Part shown: positions 1 to 7,834 of the stretch, in pieces
Layout of the letters: every line of letters starts with the position of its first letter
How positions within the stretch are numbered: position 1 is the stretch's first letter
Position numbers and translations under genes: made by a program
Source: an uncultured Gammaproteobacteria bacterium
GTDB taxonomy: Bacteria; Patescibacteriota; Patescibacteriia; Patescibacteriales; UBA12465
Reading direction: 5' to 3'
Assembly (NCBI GenBank): GCA_964435515.1
Contig: CAYSZD010000002.1
Location: 25,042 to 89,041 of the forward strand
Length of the DNA: 64,000 bases
Notes under the pieces: model-generated
The model's input: the letters and a program-made list of their open reading frames with translations, nothing else
Database searches by the model: none
What the model was told of the DNA's origin: nothing

Positions 1-2297
1 TGTTGTAGATTGTTGAAATCAACGCCAGCAACCTCATGTCCCTTTTTGCCTTTAGCCATAGAGTCAACATGCAAGGCACCAGAACCTGCTCCAGACTCAC
101 TGTTAACATGGCGATATGGAATAGTGGCATCTCTAAAAGTATCCACCGTTCCTCCAATAGCAGTGCTAGCATCAGTTGAATTAACAGCATTAATAATTTT
201 AGCTAAACTAGAAGTATCAACGTCACCTTTTTTCTGAGTAGCAGCAATACCCTTAGCTATCGCTCTTACAACGCCATCTTCTTTAGCTGTGTTTGTGCCA
301 GCTCTAGCTTTTGCAGAATAATTATTTAACCAAGCTTCCATGTTGGATCTAGCAGCGACTGCGTCTGGATCACTAGCACTCAAATGCCTTATCATTGCTT
401 CTTGATCTTCTGTTTGACCAGTACTGCTGTAGAAAGCACTGGCACTAGCATCATCCATATAAGTTGCATCTTTCGCCATTGAAGAGACTCTAGTATGAGC
501 ATTATTCTCTACTTCTGCTAATTTTTTAGCCCCAGCAGCGGTAAATTTAGTAGAAGCTTCATTCAAACTTCTAGTCTGATTCAAAAGCAAATTCCACATA
601 CTCTTAAGAGAGAGCTTCTCGCCTTCTTCAGTGTCTAAATTATCTTTAGCCATATCAACATTATTTTTAGCAATTACTACAGACGGATGAGTTTCTGATC
701 CATGAATAGCTAAGGCGGTATTATAATCATCTCTAGCTCCTTGAAGAGCATCTTTAGAATTTTTAATTTTTTCATCTCTTTTCTCTGCAACCTTACTAAC
801 TCCAATAGAAGCTAAACGTCCTCCAAGAGCTCCTAAAATTGCTGCTACAGGACCTAAAGGGGCTAACATAGCCGCACCAACTACCATCATACTCTTACTA
901 TTTACTTTTTCTTGCTCCTTTCTATCCTTACCATAGGTAGTATTAATCTTATCAGCTGTTTTAGGTCCAACGCCTATCTTATCTAAAAACTTCTTACGCT
1001 TATCAATCTTATTCTTCTTATTACTATCCATTAAATCTCTCCGCCAAGACAAGCCGATATCTCCAGCTTTTTGCATACCTGTGCCAAGTTTTCCTCCAGT
1101 AGCACTGCTAATTCCCGCACCAATATTTTTAGTTGCCCATGAAGCACCGCCCAAGGCAGTTCTCCCTGCAAATTTAGCCCTACTTAAAGCAAAGCCTCCA
1201 GCTGCACCAGCTGCAAAGGTACCAATCTTATTCAATCTAGACATGCCCTTACCAGCAATAGAGCCAGCTGCACCGCCTACTTCTTGAGCAATCTTCATGC
1301 CTCCAATTAACATACCGATGCCGATGATAAACTTAATTAAAACACTAGGAGTAGAGGCTTTAGTTATCATTGTATCATCATCCAAATCACTAACTGAATC
1401 ACTATTAGCATTGGTAACAAAACCGCTCTCACCAGTGTCAGCGTCATTAAATTTATTTACGTCACTTGATGTTTGTAGGGCCGCAAAAGAAAGCCAAATA
1501 AAAAAAGCTAAAACTGGTCCAACAATTAAATTACTGGTAAAGTCAGTCCACCATTTAGAAGCATATTTTGCTCCACCAGGAAAAGCTGAAAGTAGATAAG
1601 CGAGAGGCGAAAGAACAACGTAAATCCAAATCATTACCAAACGCATCACTAAAATCATGAGCATGGTAGTTAGAACAACCAGGGCAATAATCATGTACAT
1701 AAGTCCCAATATATAAGCTCCCACAATAGTCCAAAAACCAACATCATCACCAGCACCATCTGATTTAGCAAAAGTAACAACATCTGTAATACCAAGCATG
1801 TCAACAAAATTTCCTCCTGCTACTGAACGGAAAGAGTTAACAAAAGTGAGCATGACTACCTGCACTACATCAATTAAAAGACCACAAATTGTTTTAGAAA
1901 AGTTAATTAAAACAGCCATCAAAATTAATTTTGGTAGCCATTTCTTATAGTTATACTCTTCAATGTGTAAAATTGTAGCAAAGGCAATCACTAACAAAAT
2001 AACTACAAAAAACATGTTAGCAATATCGCGAACAATGACCCAGCCCTGAACAACCGCTTGAGCGTCAATAAAGTGTTGATAGGAAACAACAACTAACAAT
2101 ACTTTCATGACCAATAGCACAATTAATCCTAATGCCCAGATAAAGACGTATATAATACCGCCTACCACTTCTCCGGCCCAGTCACTAAAACCCGCGGAAG
2201 CTATAGGGGCTACCAAAAGACTGAGTGCTAATACAGCTAACACTAAAGCAATTGGCTTTTTGTGCTTACTAATTTTTTTAAGTGCGCTAAAACGCAT
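1..2297 (-). CDS. Polytopic membrane protein, TrbL/VirB6-like (tentative); start is in the window, 3' end runs off the left edge
   Basis: Hand translation of the minus strand from ATG at 2297-2295 (AAGGAG upstream at ~2322-2327) is open for all 765 codons to position 1. It begins MRFSALKKISKHKKPIALVLAVLALSLLVAPIASA (signal-like). About 6 hydrophobic helices follow (e.g. NMFFVVILLVIAFATIL, LPKLILMAVLINFSKTICGLLIDVVQVVMLTF), then a long Gly/Ala/Lys-rich soluble tail. It is absent from the ORF track because no stop lies in the window. The five plus-strand ORFs listed at 10-2492 are its antisense shadows. Confidence 0.6.
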   Translation of the reverse strand, partial: MRFSALKKISKHKKPIALVLAVLALSLLVAPIASAGFSDWAGEVVGGIIYVFIWALGLIVLLVMKVLLVVVSYQHFIDAQAVVQGWVIVRDIANMFFVVILLVIAFATILHIEEYNYKKWLPKLILMAVLINFSKTICGLLIDVVQVVMLTFVNSFRSVAGGNFVDMLGITDVVTFAKSDGAGDDVGFWTIVGAYILGLMYMIIALVVLTTMLMILVMRLVMIWIYVVLSPLAYLLSAFPGGAKYASKWWTDFTSNLIVGPVLAFFIWLSFAALQTSSDVNKFNDADTGESGFVTNANSDSVSDLDDDTMITKASTPSVLIKFIIGIGMLIGGMKIAQEVGGAAGSIAGKGMSRLNKIGTFAAGAAGGFALSRAKFAGRTALGGASWATKNIGAGISSATGGKLGTGMQKAGDIGLSWRRDLMDSNKKNKIDKRKKFLDKIGVGPKTADKINTTYGKDRKEQEKVNSKSMMVVGAAMLAPLGPVAAILGALGGRLASIGVSKVAEKRDEKIKNSKDALQGARDDYNTALAIHGSETHPSVVIAKNNVDMAKDNLDTEEGEKLSLKSMWNLLLNQTRSLNEASTKFTAAGAKKLAEVENNAHTRVSSMAKDATYMDDASASAFYSSTGQTEDQEAMIRHLSASDPDAVAARSNMEAWLNNYSAKARAGTNTAKEDGVVRAIAKGIAATQKKGDVDTSSLAKIINAVNSTDASTAIGGTVDTFRDATIPYRHVNSESGAGSGALHVDSMAKGKKGHEVAGVDFNNLQ

Positions 2298-2314
2298 AGA
2301 TTGTATAAAATTAT

Positions 2315-2947
2315 TTATTCTCCTTTAACAAAGCTCCAAAAACCATCTAACGCAACTCTTAAAAAAGTACGTAAAGGATTGGTTACCGCCTCTGTGATTA
2401 AGGCTATCACTGAAAAAAAAGATATAACAGCAAAGAATAGGATTAGACTCACAAGAAGTACTAACATCATTTCTGGTAAATGTAATTTCTGACCCAATCT
2501 ATCTCTGGCTGCCATCGGATTACCCGGCTTATCAAACCACTCCGAACCTAGAGGGGCAAACATTTTCTTGCCAAATACATTAGCTAAAAATAAATGAACA
2601 TAAACATATAAGAAACTAGCGCCCCAAGTAGCAATAATATTGCGCCAAGCTGCTTGTAACAACTTACTACTGCCGGCACTGAAACTCTTTTCTAAAGCTA
2701 ATGACTGGATCTTACTTGCTTCCTGTTTCTGTTGTTCTTGTTGCTGCTGTATTTTAGCTTGCTGACGATTAGCGTTAAAATCTTGCTCCGCCATTTCTCT
2801 ATTTCTCTCTGAATCTTCATCACCTGCCTTTTGTCCTTGAGCTTCACGAAAATCACCGACTCTTTGGGCAGCTAATTCCTGAGCCTCTTGTCTCTGGCTA
2901 TTTGCTTGTGATTGAGGCCTCAAGAGTGTAGCGTCAATAGATGGCAT
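2315..2947 (-). CDS. Membrane protein of unknown function, Gln/Glu-rich N-terminal half and two C-terminal hydrophobic helices
   Basis: 210-aa ORF. It ends 17 nt upstream of the TrbL-like start, so it is probably co-transcribed. N-terminus is a QQQQEQQKQE-type low-complexity stretch. C-terminus has WGASFLYVYVHLFLANVF and MMLVLLVSLILFFAVISFFSVIALI. Confidence 0.6.
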   Translation of the reverse strand: MPSIDATLLRPQSQANSQRQEAQELAAQRVGDFREAQGQKAGDEDSERNREMAEQDFNANRQQAKIQQQQEQQKQEASKIQSLALEKSFSAGSSKLLQAAWRNIIATWGASFLYVYVHLFLANVFGKKMFAPLGSEWFDKPGNPMAARDRLGQKLHLPEMMLVLLVSLILFFAVISFFSVIALITEAVTNPLRTFLRVALDGFWSFVKGE

Positions 2948-3119
2948 AGAAAAATATTAACTATTATTATTATAGCCTATACTAGCTATTTTTAAAACTG
3001 CAATTATAATATTATTTTACACTATTTTATTAAATATGAAAAGAAAAAGAATAATAAAATCAAGATAAGAGATAAAAAATTTAAACTTCCCAGCTTTACA
3101 TTTAGCCTTTAATTAGCTA

Positions 3120-4808
3120 ATGTTTATATATAAGAAAATATATATGAGTACTAATTTAGAAAATATTGCTAATAAAATATTTGCCCCTACTTTAGCAGAA
3201 ATAGAAGCGATAGATAAACGCTATCCTAAACGTCAACTAGAACCAGGGGCAATAGTAAGCAGAATTGCTCCTAGTCCAACTGGCTTTGTTCATTTAGGCA
3301 CGCTCTATACCGCCCTAATATCGGAACATTTTGCTCATCAAACTAATGGAGTATTTATTCTCCGCATTGAAGATACTGACAAAAAAAGAGAGGTAGCGGG
3401 CACAGCTCAACTTTTCGCATCCACTCTAGATAATTATGAGCTTCATATTGATGAAGGATTAATGCCAGATAGTACAGAAAAGGGTGGTTATGGACCATAT
3501 CATCAAAGTGCCAGAGCAGACATATATCAAGCTTATGCTAAAAAACTTTTTCTTGAAGGAAAGGCCTATGCTTGCTTTGCTAGCTCTGAAGAATTAGAAA
3601 ACATGCGTGAAAAACAAGCTCAAATGGGCCACAGAAGCGGCTACTGGGGCGATTTTGCTATTTGGCGACATAAATCATTAGAAGAAGTAGAAGAGGCCTT
3701 AGATAAAGGCTTAAAGCCAGTGATAAGGTTTAAATCAGCTGGTAATTTTAATAATAAAATAGCAATTAAGGATATATTGTTGGGTTCTAGAGAATTACCA
3801 GAAAATGATCAAGATATTGTTATAATTAAAACAGATGGACTACCAACCTATCATTTTGCCCATGCTATTGATGATCACTTAATGGGCACTACCCATGTTA
3901 TTCGTGGCAATGAGTGGTTTCCTTCCCTGCCTTTACACCTACAACTATTTGAAGCTTTAGCTTGGCCAGCTCCACAATATGCTCATCTTTCACCGATTCA
4001 AAAAATGGATGAAGGTAAAAAAAGAAAGTTAAGTAAAAGACATGACCCGGAATCTAATTTAGAATATTTTGCTGAAGCCGGTTATCCTCAAGAAGCTTTA
4101 ATTGAATATCTATTAAACTTAGCCAATTCTAATTTTGAAGATTGGCGTAAAGCTAATCCAAATTTAAGTTATAAGGAATTTGAATTAAGTTGGAAGAAAT
4201 TAGCTAAATCTAATGGACCTTTATTTGATACCAAAAAATTAGAAGATATCAGTAAAGAAATTATTTCTAAATTCACAGCTGATACTATCTACCAAAGAGC
4301 TCTAAGCTGGTCCAAGCAATATAGCTTGTCTCTTAAAAAAATACTTGAAGATAATAAAGACTATGCGATAAAAATTATAAATATTGAAAGAGAAGGAGCA
4401 ATAAAGCCTAGAAAAGATTTAAGTAAGTGGTCTGAATTAGAATCAGAAATTAGCTATTTCTATGATGAACTTTTTAGTATAGATAAACAATCATTAGAAG
4501 AAGTGATAAAACAATTAAATGGTACTGATATTAAAAGTATTATTAATGATTTTATAGCAAATTACAACGAGCAAGATAATCAGGAAATCTGGTTTGAAAA
4601 ATTAAAAACAATTGGACAAAAATATGGCTTTGCCCCTAGCATGAAAGACTATAAAAATGATGAGAATAAATATAAAGGACAGCTAGGCACAATTGCTCAA
4701 TTATTACGCCTATTACTAACTGGGCGCAAACAAAGCCCTAATCTAGCTGAAGTCATGAGAGTATTGGGGGATAAGAGGATGAGGGAAAGGTTAAGTAATT
4801 GTCTATAA
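3120..4808 (+). CDS. gltX: Glutamate--tRNA ligase (class I aaRS)
   Basis: HIGH-type motif APSPTGFVHLGTLYTAL and KMSKS-type motif KLSKR; length fits GltX. An alternative start is the ATG at 3144 (MSTNLENI). Confidence 0.9.
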   Translation: MFIYKKIYMSTNLENIANKIFAPTLAEIEAIDKRYPKRQLEPGAIVSRIAPSPTGFVHLGTLYTALISEHFAHQTNGVFILRIEDTDKKREVAGTAQLFASTLDNYELHIDEGLMPDSTEKGGYGPYHQSARADIYQAYAKKLFLEGKAYACFASSEELENMREKQAQMGHRSGYWGDFAIWRHKSLEEVEEALDKGLKPVIRFKSAGNFNNKIAIKDILLGSRELPENDQDIVIIKTDGLPTYHFAHAIDDHLMGTTHVIRGNEWFPSLPLHLQLFEALAWPAPQYAHLSPIQKMDEGKKRKLSKRHDPESNLEYFAEAGYPQEALIEYLLNLANSNFEDWRKANPNLSYKEFELSWKKLAKSNGPLFDTKKLEDISKEIISKFTADTIYQRALSWSKQYSLSLKKILEDNKDYAIKIINIEREGAIKPRKDLSKWSELESEISYFYDELFSIDKQSLEEVIKQLNGTDIKSIINDFIANYNEQDNQEIWFEKLKTIGQKYGFAPSMKDYKNDENKYKGQLGTIAQLLRLLLTGRKQSPNLAEVMRVLGDKRMRERLSNCL

Positions 4809-4834
4809 AATTATACCTATATATAAGATATGCC

Positions 4835-4868
4835 AAAAGACCACCGCTTATTCCGCTGGTGGTCTTTT
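4835..4868 (+). terminator. Rho-independent terminator after gltX
   Basis: AGACCACC (4838-4845) pairs with GGTGGTCT (4857-4864), followed by a TTTT run. Confidence 0.6.
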
Positions 4869-4910
4869 ATAAAATAGCTTTTTTAGTTATATAAGATATT
4901 TAAATAACTT

Positions 4911-5042
4911 CTACACTCTATCAAACACGGCCAGAAGTTCGGGCTTAACATACTCTTTCAAAAACTTCCGGCGATATTTCGTTCCCCAGACTATATGATA
5001 CTGATGTTGATAGCTTGAATGATTTAAGGCTCGGATTCTCAT
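4911..5042 (-). pseudogene. tnpA: IS200/IS605-family TnpA (Y1 transposase) N-terminal stub, 43 codons then stop
   Basis: Minus-strand translation gives MRIRALNHSSYQHQYHIVWGTKYRRKFLKEYVKPELLAVFDRV*. The H-x-YHIVW-x-x-KYRR-x-x-L block is the conserved N-terminus of Y1 transposases. A full TnpA is about 130-150 aa, so the gene is truncated. Confidence 0.7.
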
Positions 5043-5050
5043 GATTAAAG

Positions 5051-5078
5051 CTTAACACGTCGCAAATGACGTGTTAAG
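5051..5078 (-). repeat. Perfect inverted repeat (11-bp stem, 6-nt loop) in the tnpA 5' leader
   Basis: CTTAACACGTC gcaaat GACGTGTTAAG. IS200-type elements carry subterminal and leader hairpins, which are recognised by TnpA or used for translational control. Confidence 0.6.
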
Positions 5079-5175
5079 AGTGGAGTTATTCATCCCCGCA
5101 CTCCGGCCAAAGTCCCAAGTTTATCACTGTTAGTCATCGTACTACTTTGACCTCCATACGGGGTTTCCTGACCTT

Positions 5176-5205
5176 ATAAAAATCCCTCATTAAGATGAGG
5201 GATTT
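5176..5205 (-). terminator. Rho-independent terminator overlapping the MFS stop codon
   Basis: AAATCCCTCAT (5180-5190) pairs with ATGAGGGATTT (5195-5205). On the minus strand a T-run follows the hairpin. Confidence 0.5.
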
Positions 5206-6404
5206 GATGCTTTATTGTTTCCTTTATAAAAGAAAACAATGCTAAACAAGATAACTAAGGCACTAAAAGCCCAAGTAAACAAGATGCCATAATTATTAGC
5301 TAAAAGACCGCTAATCACCAAACCTAGAGCCGATGCTCCTGTTATAATCATGGACTCGAAAGAAACAATCGTCGCTCGATAACGACTGTCAATGTTCGCG
5401 TGGACATAATCACGGTAAAGCGGTTTTAACACGCCTCGTCCCACTTCATGTAGGAGAAAAAAAATAAGGAAGGACGACAGTTGCACAAACAACAAGCAGC
5501 TAATTAATCCAACAAAGGTAATAATCTGAGAAAAGAAAATAGCATTTTTCTTGCATTTAATCTTACTGCTCCAAAACTTAGCAAGCTGAGCGCCGCCATA
5601 TACTGACAAAGCTATACCCGCAAACACTAAACCCATAAACCGAGTAGGCAGAGCAAAATTATTTTTTAATACCAACGGCCAATACATATTAATTGGCATT
5701 ATGGCAAAAGAAAAAATAGCAAAAAAACAAATCATGTGCATTAGTCGACTGTTTTTCCATCCGTAAATAACGCTCTCTACTGCTATATTCTTTAAAGCAT
5801 GAAGACCAGATTTTAGATTAAAACCCTTCCCTGTTGTCTCAGTGCTTTTTTCTTCAGGTGGTAAGAGTAAAGGCGCAGTAAGCGCTAATAAGCTAAAAGT
5901 AATAGCGCTTAAAAGCCAGGGCCAAGCTAAATTAAAGCCAGCCGCATAGGATCCAATCAAAACGCCGATAATCGTTCCCATTGTTCTTACTTCTGCTTTC
6001 GCAAACAGTTCTTGACTATACCCTGGCCTATCTTCAGATTTAACACTATCAAAAACCAGTGCCTCTGCTGCTCCAGAAATACAAGTGGCTGCTAAAGCGC
6101 CAATAATTTCTGCTGCTAAAAATTGCCAAAAACTTTCAGCAAAAAAATACAGGAGAAAAGAAAAGACAAATAACCATAAACCAATAATCGCTGAACGTCT
6201 TCTTCCGAAAAAATCAGCAATAGCACCGGTGGGAATTTCAAAGCAGAAATTAGCTAGCATGTAGCACGCGTTAAGAAGATTAATTTCTAATAAAATTAAG
6301 CCTTTTTCAACTAAAAATAGTTGATAAGTGGCAAAGAAGAAGCTTATCGCTAAGCCTTCCAAGGCGACAAATGTCGCGTACTTTCTGATAATCTTTTTTT
6401 TCAT
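5190..6404 (-). CDS. MFS-type transporter (about 12 TM helices)
   Basis: Highly hydrophobic ORF with an MFS-like GAIADFFGRRRS loop motif between TM2 and TM3. I prefer the start at MKKKIIRKY (6404). The longer track ORF (to 6467) would read through a strong hairpin at 6431-6459. Confidence 0.8.
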   Translation of the reverse strand: MKKKIIRKYATFVALEGLAISFFFATYQLFLVEKGLILLEINLLNACYMLANFCFEIPTGAIADFFGRRRSAIIGLWLFVFSFLLYFFAESFWQFLAAEIIGALAATCISGAAEALVFDSVKSEDRPGYSQELFAKAEVRTMGTIIGVLIGSYAAGFNLAWPWLLSAITFSLLALTAPLLLPPEEKSTETTGKGFNLKSGLHALKNIAVESVIYGWKNSRLMHMICFFAIFSFAIMPINMYWPLVLKNNFALPTRFMGLVFAGIALSVYGGAQLAKFWSSKIKCKKNAIFFSQIITFVGLISCLLFVQLSSFLIFFLLHEVGRGVLKPLYRDYVHANIDSRYRATIVSFESMIITGASALGLVISGLLANNYGILFTWAFSALVILFSIVFFYKGNNKASNPSS

Positions 6405-6430
6405 GGCTCTTATTTTTTTGTTAAAGTTCA

Positions 6431-6459
6431 AAAAACCATTTCCTGCGGAAATGGTTTTT
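6431..6459 (-). terminator. Hairpin terminator (works on either strand) upstream of the MFS gene
   Basis: AAAAACCATTTCC tgc GGAAATGGTTTTT, a 13-bp stem flanked by A and T runs. Confidence 0.5.
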
Positions 6460-6683
6460 ATAAACATAGAGCTCTTATGAAATAGGATTATACAGATAAT
6501 TTGGTATTCTTATGATATTTATAAAAATCATTGCCGCAATAGTCGTTCCAATACATAGGATCGACAATAAACGCAAAAGTGTTTGCGCTTGATAAACGGT
6601 TTTGATTTTTACAAATATTTCTTCTCATATTATTAATCTACATTATAGTATACGTAAAAGATTGATTTTTGTTACAGTAAATA

Positions 6684-7121
6684 CTATTTGCTCATTAATT
6701 TAATCTCCTGGTCTACCAAGACATCTAAATCAAAATTTTCTCTTTCTATCCGACAATCTAGACTTTCTACTGCTGGATAATAATCACAATTTAGATAACG
6801 AGCAACAAAATTAATTAAATAAACCTTGTCCTTTACAACTGTGGCATAGGCATACTGGCTATAGATAAAGCCAGTCGCGCCTTCACTAGAAACAGCTATG
6901 TAATATCGCCTACCACTCATTTCCCTCTTACCTACACGAAAAGATAAACTTGATTCAGGAGCAGTCTCATTACACTCTATCTCACCATCTTCAAACCAAG
7001 ACTCTAGTTTGGGACACTCTTCTGCTTTAAAGATATATGCACCATAATTAGTAATTATTAGTAATACGTAATGCCAATAAGTGTTAAAAGAGGTGTCTTT
7101 GATACTAATACATGCATTTGA
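6684..7121 (-). pseudogene. Start-less orphan C-terminal cassette related to the giant exoprotein gene at its 5' edge
   Basis: The frame is open for 146 codons from 7121, with a TAA at 7122-7124 just upstream. There is no ATG, GTG or TTG before the ATG at 6920. The first ~19 codons (ISIKDTSFNTYWHYVLLII) parallel giant-protein residues ASTNDSSFNTYWHYVLPII. The track lists only the 78-aa distal part (6684-6920). Confidence 0.5.
7061..7092 (-). repeat. 32-nt direct repeat, copy 2 (identical to 8131-8162)
   Basis: gtaatacgtaatgccaataagtgttaaaagag read directly at both sites, offset 1070 nt. Weaker similarity continues over 7093-7107 versus 8163-8177. Confidence 0.9.
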
Positions 7122-7220
7122 TTAGACACAAAACACTTACATTTAAACCTAAATTACCAAATAAAAAAGCCTGAAGTGTGTAAAACAACAACAGGCTTAT
7201 TAAATTGTCCCCATAAGCAG

Positions 7221-7670
7221 TCAGGGGTCGATTTCTTGTTGTGGTGTCGTAAGATCAGGACTAACCACAATCACCAGCTTATTAATCCCTGGTAAAACAA
7301 CTAAGGGGTCAATTGCTTTTTGCATAGTCAGACCTGAAAAAACAGGATAATAGCCGCGAGTTATGCCTATATAAATATAGGCTTTTTTGCCAGCTAATTC
7401 AAGTGCCATGTCACCAGTCAGACGAACAGTGCTAATAGGTTCCTTGAACTCTATTGCCTGAAGAGCAGTAGTTCTATCGGCACTTACTACCACAAATTGA
7501 TTGCAACCCAAAGCCATATTATCGGGTTTTTGAAATTCCACTTGAATCTCAATCACCGGATTAGCGTGTGGGTCCGGATCTGGATCCGGAGGCGCAACAG
7601 GATCTTTTTCGCAGGAGCTCAAAAGAGCTACAACCACGAAAGTGAAAAATAAATACAGAAACTTTTTCAT
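7221..7670 (-). CDS. Lipoprotein of unknown function
   Basis: Signal peptide with lipobox (VVALLSS-C), then a PDPDPDP linker. GGGAG Shine-Dalgarno ~7 nt before the ATG. Visibly higher G+C than neighbouring genes. Confidence 0.75.
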   Translation of the reverse strand: MKKFLYLFFTFVVVALLSSCEKDPVAPPDPDPDPHANPVIEIQVEFQKPDNMALGCNQFVVVSADRTTALQAIEFKEPISTVRLTGDMALELAGKKAYIYIGITRGYYPVFSGLTMQKAIDPLVVLPGINKLVIVVSPDLTTPQQEIDP

Positions 7671-7723
7671 GCGTATCTCCCTTCTTTTTTAAATGAACAA
7701 TGAAAATTGACAAATCTATTTAA

Positions 7724-7752
7724 ATACTAGTACTTTTTATGCTAAATGTCAA
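7724..7752 (-). promoter_or_regulatory. Candidate sigma70-type promoter for the lipoprotein gene
   Basis: On the minus strand: TTGACA (7752-7747), 17-nt spacer, TAGTAT (7729-7724). Chance matches are common in AT-rich DNA. Confidence 0.3.
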
Positions 7753-7834
7753 CAAGGGCAAAAAACGACAATAAACTATATCTATTTCATCATAACAACC
7801 TCAAGTTCTCTTTTAGAATTATTTTTCACCGTCC

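Larger units (their letters stand above)
4911..5175 (-). mobile_element. Decayed IS200/IS605-like element remnant (tnpA stub plus upstream hairpin and left-end-like sequence)
   Basis: The stub is preceded by a perfect 11-bp-stem hairpin 9 nt upstream of its ATG. The block is visibly more G+C-rich than its flanks. It is wedged between the gltX terminator and the MFS gene terminator. The outer boundaries are not defined. Confidence 0.45.

Noticed and set aside
10-2492. Five plus-strand track ORFs (10-237, 1081-1287, 1297-1599, 2107-2328, 2262-2492)
   Set aside because: They are Pro/Ala/Leu-rich low-complexity translations lying antisense to a continuous 765-codon minus-strand membrane-protein frame (and to the 2315-2947 gene). 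They are shadow ORFs.
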